A stretch of 64,000 bases of DNA from Eledone cirrhosa (lineage: Eukaryota): NCBI GenBank assembly GCA_964016885.1, contig OZ024740.1, positions 334,552,001 to 334,616,000 on the forward strand, read 5' to 3'. Each line of letters starts with the position of its first letter. Within the stretch, counting starts at the first letter, position 1. The translations under genes were made by a program, and so were the position numbers. Below, in pieces: positions 1 to 11,585 of this stretch. The notes under the pieces are model-generated. The model worked only from the letters and a program-made list of their open reading frames with translations, was not told the DNA's origin and did no database searches.

Positions 1-540
1 CAAGTGTTAGTGCCTCGGATGTGGTGTCCTCTGTTCTTTCTGGCACGGTTTGTGGTGGATGTCGTGTATCCGTTCAGTTTGAGTATTTACAGGAAATGTG
101 TGGTGTGTGTGTCTCGGTCTCTAGCATCGGTGCATTTGTTCCGGATACGTGTCAGTTCGTTCCTTATGTATCCGAACTTAGCGCCGGCTGGGAGGGCCGA
201 TCTGAAATGTACGAACAGGTCCCTGCTGCCGGCTCTTTTATAGAAGCAGGTGTGGATGCTGCCTTCCTCTGTTACCCTGGGTTGGAAGTCCAGTAGGGAT
301 AGGGATCCGCGGTTATCGGGGTGTTCCATGCTGAACTTTATACTGGCGTCCAAGCTGGAGAATGTTGTGTATATTTTATCTGCCTCCTCACGGGATGATG
401 TAAGGATGAGTATGTCATCTACATATCAGGTGAAGAAGGTATGGGAATGGCAGGTGTTGAGGGCTCGGCATTCTAGCTGGTACATGTAGGTGATGGCCAG
501 CGGGCCCGATAGGCTGGATCGCATGGGTAATCCTGTTGTC
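1..540 (-). pseudogene. Penelope-like element reverse transcriptase fragment
   Basis: The minus strand reads GLPMRSSLSGPLAITYM...*YVDDILIL...IKFSMEHPD..SLSLLD...FYKRAG..LFVHFRSALP..AKFGYIRNEL, matching PLE RT core and thumb motifs. There is a stop codon just before YVDD. Confidence 0.85.
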
Positions 541-560
541 ACCACACATACAGACAGACA

Positions 561-1353
561 ACGCAGTAGGCAGTGATTTTTTCAATGGCTTGGAACATAG
601 TTCACGCTTTGCTTTTTTCCATCCACTGAATTAGTTTTGTATAAGTTCCCTGTGTCCACGCATTGCCTGGAAACTTAGCTGAGAATAGACTTCCCTGATG
701 ACGAAAGGCTTCTCCGTACGTTTCTTCGGAAACTATGTATATTCCCTTTCAGAAACTAATTAGTTGGAGTGAAATTTTAGTAAGTAAGTTAATTTTTATA
801 ATTTTCTTATTTTACGTCTTTCATATTATTGTTCTGCATCCCCATGCATTGAACCACAAAGTTACTAAGACAAAACCTATATATTTGCTAGCATAGGTAT
901 GCATCTGTATATATATGTTAGTAGATATACTAATTCTTTATAATTATCTCCAAATTATTTTGTCGAACCAAAATTGGCCAAAACTCCTATTATAGTTCAT
1001 AGTAAGGGTTCGGCTGCTGTCTTCTTAACAAACCACTCCTCAATGATTAAACTTGATGTCACGTGATTGATTCTTTTGAATTTGCCACCGACGTAGTAGG
1101 CAGTGATTTTTTCAATGGCTTGGAACTTAGTCCACGCTTTGCTTTTTTCCATCCACTGAATTAGTTTTGTATAAGTTCCCTGTGTCCACGCATTGCCTGG
1201 AAACTTAGCTGAGAGTAGACTTACCTGATGAAGAAAAGCTTCTCCGTACGTTTCTTCGGAAACTATGTTTATTCCCTTTCAGAAACTAATTATCTGGAGT
1301 GAAATTTTAGTAAGTAAGTTAATTTTTATAATTTTCTTATTTTACGTTTTTCA
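561..1353 (+). mobile_element. Non-coding HHR-bearing partial tandem (530-bp unit), retrozyme or non-autonomous PLE type
   Basis: 561-823 is repeated at 1091-1353 (offset 530). Each repeat contains CTGATGA...GAAAC. There is no ORF and the element ends in (TA)n. Confidence 0.75.
690..770 (+). ncRNA. Type I hammerhead ribozyme motif, extended stem II
   Basis: ttcc-CTGATGA-c-GAAAGG...CCTTTC-a-GAAAC-TAATTA-GTT-ggag. The second copy at about 1220-1300 has a mutated cleavage triplet. Confidence 0.7.
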
Positions 1354-1570
1354 TATATATATATATATATATATATAGATAATTTAATATATCAACTAAC
1401 ATAGGCGCACAGATGTACGTCCATGCCAGCAAATACACAGGTTATGTCATAGTACCTAGGTGGTTCAATGCAGGAGGGTGCAGAACAATAATATAAAAGA
1501 CGTAAAATAATAAAATATTATTTTTTTTTTTAATTTAAAAAAACTTTTTTACTTACTTACTTAAATTTTC

Positions 1571-1652
1571 ACTCCAACTAATTAGTTTCTGCAATGGGAT
1601 AAAGACAGTTACATAATCCAACTGTCGAGAATTCATTGCGTCATCAGGGAGT
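1571..1652 (-). ncRNA. Type I hammerhead ribozyme motif (inverted copy)
   Basis: Reverse complement of the motif at 1887-1968. Confidence 0.75.
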
Positions 1653-1886
1653 CTATTCTCAACTGAGCCTCCAGGCAATGCGCGGACACTGGCGGCTCAT
1701 ATAAAAATAATAATTCGGTAGAAAGAACAGCTAGGCGAGGACTGGATTCTATGTACTTTGACTGGAAGCAGTGAGAATTTCAGTACATAGAATCCAGTCC
1801 TCGCCTAGCTGTTCTTTCTACCGAATTATTATTTTTATATGAGCCGCCAGTGTCCGCGCATTGCCTGGAGGCTCAGCTGAGAATAG

Positions 1887-1968
1887 ACTCCCTGATGACG
1901 CAATGAATTCTCGACAGTTGGATTATGTAACTGTCTTTATCCCATTGCAGAAACTAATTAGTTGGAGT
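1887..1968 (+). ncRNA. Type I hammerhead ribozyme motif, extended stem II
   Basis: ACTCC-CTGATGA-c-GCAATG[..GACAGTT..AACTGTC..]CATTGC-a-GAAAC-TAATTA-GTT-GGAGT, with a palindromic stem III (ACTAATTAGT). Confidence 0.78.
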
Positions 1969-2451
1969 GAAAATTTAAGTAAGTAAGTAAAAAATGTTTT
2001 TAAAATTTTTTTAAAATTAAAAAAAAATATATTTTCTTATTTTACGTCTTTTATATTATTGTTCTGCACCCTCCTGCATTGAACCACCTAGGTACTATGA
2101 CATAACCTGTGTATTTGCTGGCATGGACGTACATCTGTGCGCCTATGTTAGTTGATATATTAAATTATCTATATTTATCTCCAAATCACTGATTTGTCGA
2201 GCAAACCTGCCAAAACCACTTCAAAATTTTTTTTGGGGCGTTAGTAGGCGTCAGTCATCTTACCATCCCATTCCTTCTAACTAGCCTCTATGTCACGTGA
2301 TTGATTCTTTAGAATCGGCCATTTGACTGGAAGCAGTGAGAATTTCAGTACATAGAATCCAGTCCTCGCCTAGCTGTTCTTTCTACCGAATTATTATTTT
2401 TATATGAGCCGCCAGTGTCCGCGCATTGCCTGGAGGCTCAGCTGAGAATAG

Positions 2452-2533
2452 ACTCCCTGATGACGCAATGAATTCTCGACAGTTGGATTATGTAACTGTC
2501 TTTATCCCATTGCAGAAACTAATTAGTTGGAGT
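2452..2533 (+). ncRNA. Type I hammerhead ribozyme motif (tandem copy)
   Basis: Identical to 1887-1968 at offset 565. Confidence 0.78.
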
Positions 2534-2601
2534 GAAAATTTAAGTAAGTAAGTAAAAAAATTTTTTTAAATTTAAAAAAAAAAATATTTTCTTATTTTAC
2601 G

Positions 2602-2687
<86 letters not shown>

Positions 2688-3355
2688 GGAAAAAATGAAA
2701 TTTCATTTCTCGCTCCTAGTATGGCTGATACTTAAATATAACTATGTATACGTGCATACACATATGTATACAGACGTACAGTAGTATATCTATATATATA
2801 CATACATGCATATATATATATATATGCATATTAAGGGCTGTGCAACCTAATTTACGTATCTAGTGAGTTAGTCGGCCGGGCGTACCGAAAACGATAAATG
2901 GAAAAAAATGAAATTACATTTCTCAATATTAATACGGCTGATGCTTAAATAGAAGTATGTATACTGACGTACAGTAGTATGTATATACATACATACAGGC
3001 ACACATATATATATATATATATGTACGTATGGGTTTACCGAACATTTATTATAATGCTCGGTTTGTTTGTAAACAGACAGCCCGAATTATTAGCCGTACA
3101 GTGTTCGGCAACCATCGTTGCCCTTGTGTTCAACAGTGACAAAGGAACATTGTATGTTTATACATATGTATGTTTATACATACTACTGTATGTCTGTATA
3201 CATATATGTATGTACGTATACATAGTTATACTTAAGTATCAGCCTTACTAAGAGTGAGAAATGAAATGTCATATTTTCCATTTATCCTTTTTGGTAGGCC
3301 CGGCCGACTAACTCACTCGATATGCAAATTAGGCTTCTCAGCCGTTAATATGCAT
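2688..3355. repeat. Rearranged direct and inverted copies of a dispersed repeat family
   Basis: The block ggaaaaaatgaaa...cttaaatata...gacgtacagtagtat occurs twice in direct orientation and once inverted. The same family occurs at about 40080-40440 and 45580-46195, where it carries an HHR. Confidence 0.65.
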
Positions 3356-3539
3356 GAGGAAATTATAAACTATGGCTTTATTTTTCCTTATCTTTAATTA
3401 TTGTAACTGATTTTGATCTTATATGTATCGGCTTCTAGCGGTGACGCGTCGTCTTCTTAGTCCTCTGTGCTACATATGGATCGTTCTTATGATATATCTC
3501 TGTAGAGTTCATACTATTGATCTAATTCCTCTTTATAAC

Positions 3540-3584
3540 GCTCTGATGAGTCCTGCAATTATGCAAGGACGAAAAACTGTCAGC
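3540..3584 (+). ncRNA. Minimal hammerhead ribozyme in the 5' pLTR
   Basis: GCT-CTGATGA-GTCCTGCA-atta-TGCAAGGAC-GAAA(a)-act-GTC-AGC, with one substitution in stem III. Confidence 0.75.
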
Positions 3585-3789
3585 AAATAAAGATTAATTG
3601 ATGATGTAAGCGCTCTTTGTTTCTGTTTCATATAACGGCTCTGCTTTCAAGCATTGAGCTAATTAAATACTATAATAAATTCGACAGGATTCCTGTATCT
3701 TATACACACGTTCTGTTGTCTAAACATAATACACGGCTCCCCCGGTAGAGCTAATAACTATAACCTGTACACTGGGCGTGTACGATTAT

Positions 3790-6560
3790 AAATACCTGAC
3801 AGTATACTAACAAAATACTATCTGCCTTTATCACTCAAGAACGTACCGACCCAATCTAGAAACACCTATAAAAAACTACTTATCGCCAGTGTAAACTCCT
3901 CTCCTTCGTTAAGTGCATTAGGTGGCGTACTTTCCATTTTGGTAGGAAACGTGTGAACCCTCAGCAGATAACCCCTAATAATAAGTATGGATTTGAAACT
4001 TAGAGCACAACACTATGCCCGATGGATTTGAGAGTGATCATTTGTCCCTTGTAAGGAACATTAAATATAGAAATTTTCACAATAACAATAATAATAAATT
4101 CCGTAGTAAGCTTAAATCTTTAGTTAAAGGCTTTAGTGATAAAGAATTTATACTTGTCCCCTTGGATAAGACTAAGAAAGTATATAGCTTAGACTATGAT
4201 ACGTATCGTAAATTTGTGTATAACGAACTCTATAGAAACTATAAAAAACTACCTATTCCAACCTGGATGAGATTAATAAGGAGGGAAGTGCGATTGTTGA
4301 GAAATTAGGGCTTGAGAAGTATACCCAACCCTATTCCCCTAGACAACCTAGATTTACACTTAAGGACCATAAGGTTGATTTCATTAGTAAGCCATCTGTT
4401 AGGCTAATAAGCCCATCTAAATCAGATATAGGGATCATAAGCAAAAAGATTTTAGATGAAATTATACCAGTTATCAGAAATAAAATTCACCTAGACCTGT
4501 GGGAGAACACTGATGAAGTATTAAAATGGTTCTCAAGCATTAGTAACCATAAGTCTCTTAGGTTTATACAGTTTGATATTGATGCATACTATACCTATAT
4601 CTCCACGATCCGCTTAAATAAAGCTCTTATCATAGCCATGCAGAAGAGTGACCTCACTAGATCCCAGATTGATATTTTTCTTGCAGCGCGTAAAACGATA
4701 ATCATGTTTGAGGACGAATTATGGACCCGGAAGAACACACCCAATAAATTTGATATCACTATGGGGTCTAGTGAATCAGCACAGGTTACGGATCTCGTCG
4801 GATTGTACCTCCTAAATGAGTTAAACGAAACATTCCCAACCCTCCGCGGAGGGCTGTATCGGGACGACGCTTTATTCACTCTTGAATATAAAAGGCACAA
4901 TATTGAACGAACAAGAAAGACCTGCATAGATTCTTTAAAAGTTTCAACCTTAGTATTACTATAGATAAGAATAATAAAACATTTAACTTCTTTGATGCAA
5001 CCCTAGACTTAGAAAATAAAACATTCGCACCATACCATAAATCTAATGAAAAACTGACCTATGTAAATGCCAGCTCCAACCATCCTAAATCGGTCCTAAA
5101 CGCTATTATTAAAGGAGTTTCAAATAGAATTAGCAGGCTATCGTATAGTGAGAATGCATTGAACTCCAATGCTGGATACTACATTGAAGCCTTAGCAAAA
5201 TCCGGTTATAAAAATATGCTAATTTATATACCCAGCAACTCCCAAACCACCTATACTAGGCTAAATACTATAATCACACACAATATGTCTATAAATAATA
5301 ACCATAATAGAAATAGGAATAGGAGTAAGAATTACACTGTAAATAATCCAGCCCGGCCAAAGCCATATAAGCACACCAACAACCTGCCCAATACCAATGG
5401 CAGTAATACTAATAACGGCGTGATTGGAGTTAAAGATAGAAACCAAGGAAATGGAAACGACAATGACACTGGTAGTAATCTAAATAACGCAGCACAGCCG
5501 CATCAAGTAAACCCTAACAATAATAACCCTCTAAATAGGAGAAATAAGAAAAATAGAAGGCAAAACACTTATTTCAACCCACCTTATAACTCCGAAGTCC
5601 TTACCAACCTTCCTAGAATATTCTTCTCGATACTAGCAAAGAACTTCCTGCCAAGTAGTAGATATCACAGTATTATTAATAAAAAATAGGGCGATGGATT
5701 GGCAGTATCGGTAGAGGGTCGGACGCCATGCTTTGACGCATAGAGTTACGGCCCTTGTCATTCTGAGTTCAAATCCCGCCGAGGTTAACTTTGCCTTTCA
5801 TCCTTACGGGGTCGATAAAATAAAGTACCAGTAATACACTGGGTAATTGCTGGCCTTGTGCCAAAAGTAGAAACAATTATTAATAAAAAATACAATTAAA
5901 TTATCCTATTCTACTACACCTAATCTAGCCGCACACCTAGCACGCAGAAATAATATGAAAATTAGGGAAGGTTTTGAGACCATCAAATCTGCAAATAACC
6001 ACGAACCACCTAACCCACTGGGAAATGGGTTGCCTGATGGAAGTAGTGACTCACCAAATGCACAAGTAATGCTTCGGGATAGTGCAAACAGCCACTCGTC
6101 CTGACGCATGTTGAATGACACAACACGCAACTGAATAATGGTAGGCGGAGAGATAGTTTCCCTCTCAGGGGCTACTGCCTCATGAAAAATATAGTCTACT
6201 CTTGTGACGTCACAACACCTACCTCTACCAAAACCTACATTGGCTCAACATCCACCTCGTTTAAAACGTGATATAACTCACATAGAGGCAACTTTAGACA
6301 TGATAGGCTTAAGAATACAACCTTGTTGGCAGGCTATATTTCCGTTTAAAAAAAAGCCGACACCTCCTATACTCTTAATTAGAGACAGGTGGCTAAGTCT
6401 GCACCTTATCGCCCACCGAGTAAAATGCGTAACCTCTGCCTTCTGGAATCTCAAGCCATAGTTTACTCATGACAAAACCTGCTCAATATGAAATCTGAGA
6501 TATTTTCCTCCTGTCCGCACATAATCCTAAGTTCTTTCTTCTATTTTAAGCCGAGTATCT
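3790..6560 (+). pseudogene. PLE ORF (RT plus C-terminal GIY-YIG endonuclease), frameshifted
   Basis: Motifs include RFTLKDHK..KPSVRLISPSKSDIG, FIQFDI, FDITMGSSESAQVTDLVG, GLYRDD, YVNASSNHP, FNPPYN, CLMKNIVYSCDV..TYIGST and NLCLLES..LLNMKSE..CPH. Confidence 0.88.
5690..5877 (+). mobile_element. tRNA-type SINE inserted in the PLE ORF
   Basis: It has a B-box-like gagttcaaatcc and a body ctttgcctttcatcc..ggggtcgataaaataaagtaccag. The TSD ttattaataaaaaata lies on both sides. Confidence 0.88.
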
Positions 6561-7527
6561 AGATAAGCGGTTCTTAACTTTTTCTTTAGCACTCATTTAT
6601 TCTTTTCTTTAGCACTCATTACTCTCTTCAACTTGCGTACCCCTTAATGTACCCGCACCCAACTAGTATGAAGGGGACCCCAACTTAGATCTCGCTGGAT
6701 TTGACCTGGAATTTGAGGAATGGTACATTTTAGTGTGGTAAGATCACCCTGCGTTCATAGAGATCAACTAACGCAGGAATACTGCTAACAACAGTGGTAT
6801 ATATATATGGGTCCCAAAAGGATTGCTCCCATAGCAGACTCTAGCGATTATTACTGTCTCGTGCTATGAGTGAACCCGACATAGATGCCATAACCGGCCT
6901 CAGTGTGGGTAAACAACTCATACCGGTGGGGTATTTGATATTGCGTTAATTGTCTCTGGCGAGTTTGGTCAAAATGGGTACACTCTAGAGTTGTCCCCCT
7001 TATCGCGGAATGATTTAATATGTATCTTCGTAAATAGACGGCCAGACTGACCTCCCTTATCCTTCCCCCAATGGAATAGCCAGCCTGCTAGGAGCGTTAT
7101 GATGTCCACTCGAAATGTTTACTACGTCATCATATTCTGAGTGTTGATCTTTGAATGTGGGCAAAGTGAAAAACACAGAAGCACTGTAACACAGTAAACA
7201 CTGGAATTAAACGGTCAATTGATTTGATTTAATTAATTAAATTAACACATATTGGATAACATTGTACCAGGTTGGAATATAGTAAATGATACTGCGGATG
7301 CGCCGAATGTACCTTACAGCTTCATATGTATAGTTACATCTATACTTGTATGACTCGGATAATTTAAGTCATTCGTTACACCACGTGGTATGCTGGGAAA
7401 CTTAGGATTGCATGGATTCACAACCCCACAGCTATGATGCGGAGGTATTGATCCCAACATGAGACTGGAGTGGGTGGTATTGCAATCGTAAGGGGTAACA
7501 CGGACGAATGGAAGACGTAGATACATG

Positions 7528-7599
<72 letters not shown>

Positions 7600-8311
7600 T
7601 GTGTGCCTGTGTACGTAGGTCTATGTAGACTTACACGCAAACACACACACACGCAAACGTTATATTCTACTGATATCCATGATGATTGCTTTCACCTGCT
7701 TCCACTACGCTTTGCTTTAGTGACCTATATGTTCTGTGAACCACACAGATAAATTGCATTTGAACGCCACCTATCACACTTGTTGCCATACTGTGATGGA
7801 TACATGGAATTCCACTATATGATCGCTTTATCTGTCTCCCGCTGTATCTGACTCTGCCTACATCATTCACTTTCGTTGATATTATTCTTAAACTGTCACC
7901 TCTGAAAAATTTACTGTCTACAACTACATTTATTTGTATTTATTTGCATTGCTTATATGATGTTTTATCTTTTATGTTTCATTTTTATTTTTATTTTTAT
8001 GTTTATCACCTCCTATTTTTAATCTCATATTTTATTCTCATTTTTATTTTTATTATTTTTTAAATATTTTTTTATATTTTCTTATATTATCATCACTTTA
8101 TTTCGTTTCAGAATTTGTTTAGCAAGGTTCTTTATCTGAAAACGTGTGTTGAAACCGATATTGTTATACTTTGGGAGGGTCATGTTGCCAATAAGAAACA
8201 CACGCACCAGTTTCTTTCACTTCAATTTATTATAATAAATTTATAACTTTAGGAATTTATAAATTTCTGGTTGGTTGGTTGGTTCCACAACCAGATAGTT
8301 GTTTATATATT

Positions 8312-8354
8312 GTCAAAGTTCTTTCGTCACACATTGTGTGACCTCTTCAGTGAC
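8312..8354 (-). ncRNA. Minimal hammerhead ribozyme
   Basis: GTCA-CTGAAGA-g-GTCACAC-aat-GTGTGAC-GAAAG-aa-CTT-TGAC. Confidence 0.75.
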
Positions 8355-8433
8355 TGGGGATTCTTTTCTTTGTTTTTGTGCCTCTCCTTTGTTCTGTCCT
8401 ACGCCATTTTCAAAACAAAGAAAAGAATCCCCA

Positions 8434-8476
8434 GTCACTGAAGATGTCACAGAATGTGCGACGAAAGAACTTTGAC
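8434..8476 (+). ncRNA. Minimal hammerhead ribozyme
   Basis: GTCA-CTGAAGA-t-GTCACA..TGTGCGAC-GAAAG-aa-CTT-TGAC. Confidence 0.7.
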
Positions 8477-8889
8477 AATATATAAACAACTATCTGGTTG
8501 TGGAACCAACCAACCAACCAGAAATTTATAAATTCCTAAATTTATAAATTTATTATAATAAATTGAAGTGAAAGCAACTGGTGCGTGTGTTTCTTATTGG
8601 CAACATGACCCTCCAAAAGTATAACAACATCACTTTATTGTTATCTTTATTTTATCCTTACTTCTAGACTCTACCCTTTACGTTTTATCTCTTATCTTTA
8701 ATTTCCTTATCTTTTATTTTTCCTTATTTTTAATTAGTGTAACTGGTTTTGGTCTTATATGTATCGGCTTCTAGCGGTGACGCGTCGTCCAAGCACCCAA
8801 CTCTGCTTAATCCTCTGTACTACATATGGATCGTTCTTGTGATATAGGTCGGTAGAGTTTATACAATTGATCTAATTCCTCTTTATAAC

Positions 8890-8934
8890 GATCTGATGAG
8901 TCTTGAAATTATGCAAGGACGAAACACTGTCAGC
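8890..8934 (+). ncRNA. Minimal hammerhead ribozyme in the 3' pLTR
   Basis: CTGATGA-GTCTTG..CAAGGAC-GAAAC-act-GTC-AGC. Confidence 0.75.
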
Positions 8935-9578
8935 AAATAAAGATTAATTGATGATGTAAGCGCTCTTTGTTTTTGTTTCATATAACGGCTCTGCTTTCAA
9001 GCATTGAGCTAATTAAATACTGTCATAAATTCGACAGGATTCCTATATCTTATACACACGTTCTGTTGTCTAAACATAATATATATATATTATTGTGTGT
9101 TTTACAAATAGGTAGAGATGTTCATTCTAGATAGAAAATAACGAGAACACTATATTTCGTCCACCTTAACATTTAAATTTCGTGCCTGATCCGGGAACGT
9201 AGTGAAATATAACAGTATTTAATTATATTATTATGTTATTCCACGTGCAAGCTAACATTAAGCTTACACGTGTTCATCTTCAATTTTACCTTCAACTATG
9301 TTCATCCACTCTACATAATGTTATCGTCATTATCATTGTCATTAGTGTTAATAGCATTATCTGATATGCATTACATCATAGAAGTATTAAGTTCATTTTC
9401 GGTAGAAAAGAAGTGAGTGTGTGTTTCCTGTGTGCTTTCTATGATATGTATCACTTTCTGGATCTGACCCTTACTTTGGAAGAAATTTGCTATGTTCAGA
9501 CATGGAGAACGACAAGGGCACGAGGTTAAATACCAAGGACAGTTCTTCTGTCACAACGACGATCTTACGACTCGATGA

Positions 9579-9624
<46 letters not shown>

Positions 9625-9667
9625 ATAGATAAATATACACTGGTGTGTATGATTGTGTATAGAAGAT

Positions 9668-10050
9668 TATATTAATAAGAGGAATTCTAACTTTGTCTGA
9701 TTTACTCGTTTTATTTACAATCCTTTAAAATTTATAATGGTATTATAATGAAATAGTATGATAGAATATTAAATTCTAAGTGTTAATTGAACGAGTACTT
9801 TGATGCTTTCGCAATCTTCATGTTCATAATATGTGGTGACAGTCAAGTTTGCAATTTTCAACTGTTGAAAATTGCAAACTTGACTGTCACCACATATTAT
9901 GAACCTGAAGATTGCGAAAGCATGAAAGTACTTGTTCAATTAACACTTAGAATTTAATATTCTATCATACTATTTCATTATAATACCATTATAAATTTAA
10001 AAGAATTGTAAATAAAACGAGTAAATCAGACAAAGTTGGAATTCCTCTTA

Positions 10051-10058
<8 letters not shown>
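9668..10058. repeat. Near-perfect palindrome (arms about 195 bp, 1-nt spacer at 9863)
   Basis: The centre reads ...gcaattttcaac T gttgaaaattgc..., and the arms differ at only a few positions. Confidence 0.92.
9901..9937 (+). ncRNA. Minimal hammerhead ribozyme
   Basis: GAAC-CTGAAGA-t-TGC-gaaa-GCA-t-GAAAG-TA-CTT-GTTC. The copy in the opposite arm has core mutations. Confidence 0.72.
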
Positions 10059-10113
<55 letters not shown>

Positions 10114-10312
10114 GACGGGGTGTAGATAGATGTCACACGAGTTGATATATATAAACAAATATTAAAAAGGAAAAAAACACAGTAGAAATTGCGGGAGGGA
10201 TTTTTCAGTATAAAATCAAAACATTTATATAAGGATTTCCGCATTTAATTGTACCGGTTTCAGCTTTATATGCTTTTTCAATGACGGAAGTGTATGGTGA
10301 AGTTAAATTGCA

Positions 10313-10315
10313 TAA

Positions 10316-10386
<71 letters not shown>
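10313..10386. repeat. (TAA)n microsatellite
   Basis: Seen directly. Confidence 0.95.
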
Positions 10387-10387
<1 letters not shown>

Positions 10388-10551
10388 GGGAAGAAGACGC
10401 ACGAGGTGACGGAGGTCATGAAATCGCTCCCGTAAGTTTTGAATTTTTAACATATTTAAATCATTTGTGAAATAACAACTCTTAGTACAAATGCTACGTA
10501 AAGCACCCGGCTTGAGCCCCAAAAAATTCGGACCCAAAATATATTGTTATA

Positions 10552-11192
10552 AGGCTCAAATATTCAAATATTCAACTTTGTATTGTACACTGTATATCCA
10601 AAAAAAAATGGCTATAAATGGAAGAAGAAGAACCCCCCCTCCTCTCCTCTGGCTACACTATATAGGACAGCTAAACTCACCAACACCAGAAACTAGATAC
10701 ACCGCCCACCCCATCATCTGTGTACACTAAACACAACAGCATTTTCACCTTCACCGCCACCGCTCACTACGGCCATCATTACCACCACTATCCCATCACC
10801 GCCGCCACCACCCCTTGACTCCTTCACTGCTGCTGCCACCGCTACAGCACCATCACTACAGTAATACGGCTCAAATATTCAAATATTCAACTTTGTATTG
10901 TACACTGTATATCCAAAAAAAAAAAATAAAATGGCTATAAATGGAAGAAGAAGAACCCCCCCCGTCCTCTCCTCTGGCTACACTATATAGGACAGCGAAA
11001 CTCACCAACACCAGAAACTAGATACACCACCCACCCCATCATCTGTGTACACTAAACACAACAGCATTTTCACCTTCACCGCCACCGCTCACTACGGCCA
11101 TCATTACCACCACTATCCCATCACCGCCGCCACCACCCCTGACTCCTTCACTGCTGCTGCCACCGCTACAGCACCATCACTACAGTAATACG
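10552..11192. repeat. Tandem duplication of about 316-324 bp in an unclassified repeat
   Basis: ggctcaaatattcaaat...cagtaatacgg occurs at 10552-10869 and again at 10868-11192. Confidence 0.85.
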
Positions 11193-11585
11193 GTCGCATC
11201 ACCGCCACCACTGCCTCGGTATCGACATCACCGCCACCACTGTCTCAGTATCGCCAACGCCGCTAGTCTCTGCTGGCTACCACTTCCACATTATAGAATT
11301 CCTACTACTAACAAAGAGGAAGGCATCAAAATATATAGATAGACTCAAAAGAAAAAAGAAAAAAACAAACAACAAAAGCAGCACAGCAACAACAGTAAAA
11401 AACGAGAAAAACAGAGAAAAACAAAAACAAAAAAAGAAACCCCAAAAACGTAAAGAAAATAAGAATGAAGAGAGAAGCAGGCGGACGGACAGAGAAGAGG
11501 GGGGAAAAAGTAAAACTTAAAAAACAAAAACTAAGTCAGACATTCGAATACTACATTACAATGAAACTTATGCTTATTCATTTTT

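Larger units (their letters stand above)
1374..2610. mobile_element. HHR-bearing partial tandem (565-bp unit) with an inverted arm
   Basis: 1758-2050 is repeated at 2323-2610. 1374-1757 is the reverse complement of 1782-2170, with a 24-nt spacer. The element is homologous to the 561-1353 family. Confidence 0.8.
8103..8627. mobile_element. Foldback insertion made of two inverted HHR-containing pLTR-like arms
   Basis: About 8157-8376 is the reverse complement of about 8412-8631. It is flanked by the direct repeat catcactttatt. The same family occurs at 46465-47250. Confidence 0.75.
3375..9080 (+). mobile_element. Near-complete Penelope-like element with direct pseudo-LTRs (about 3375-3730 and 8712-9080)
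   Basis: Direct repeats of about 360 bp, each with an HHR, flank a decayed RT and GIY-YIG ORF. A SINE and a foldback element are nested inside. Confidence 0.85.

Noticed and set aside
5690-5790. tRNA-like A/B boxes
   Set aside because: This is the head of a SINE with a TSD and multiple copies, not a tRNA gene.
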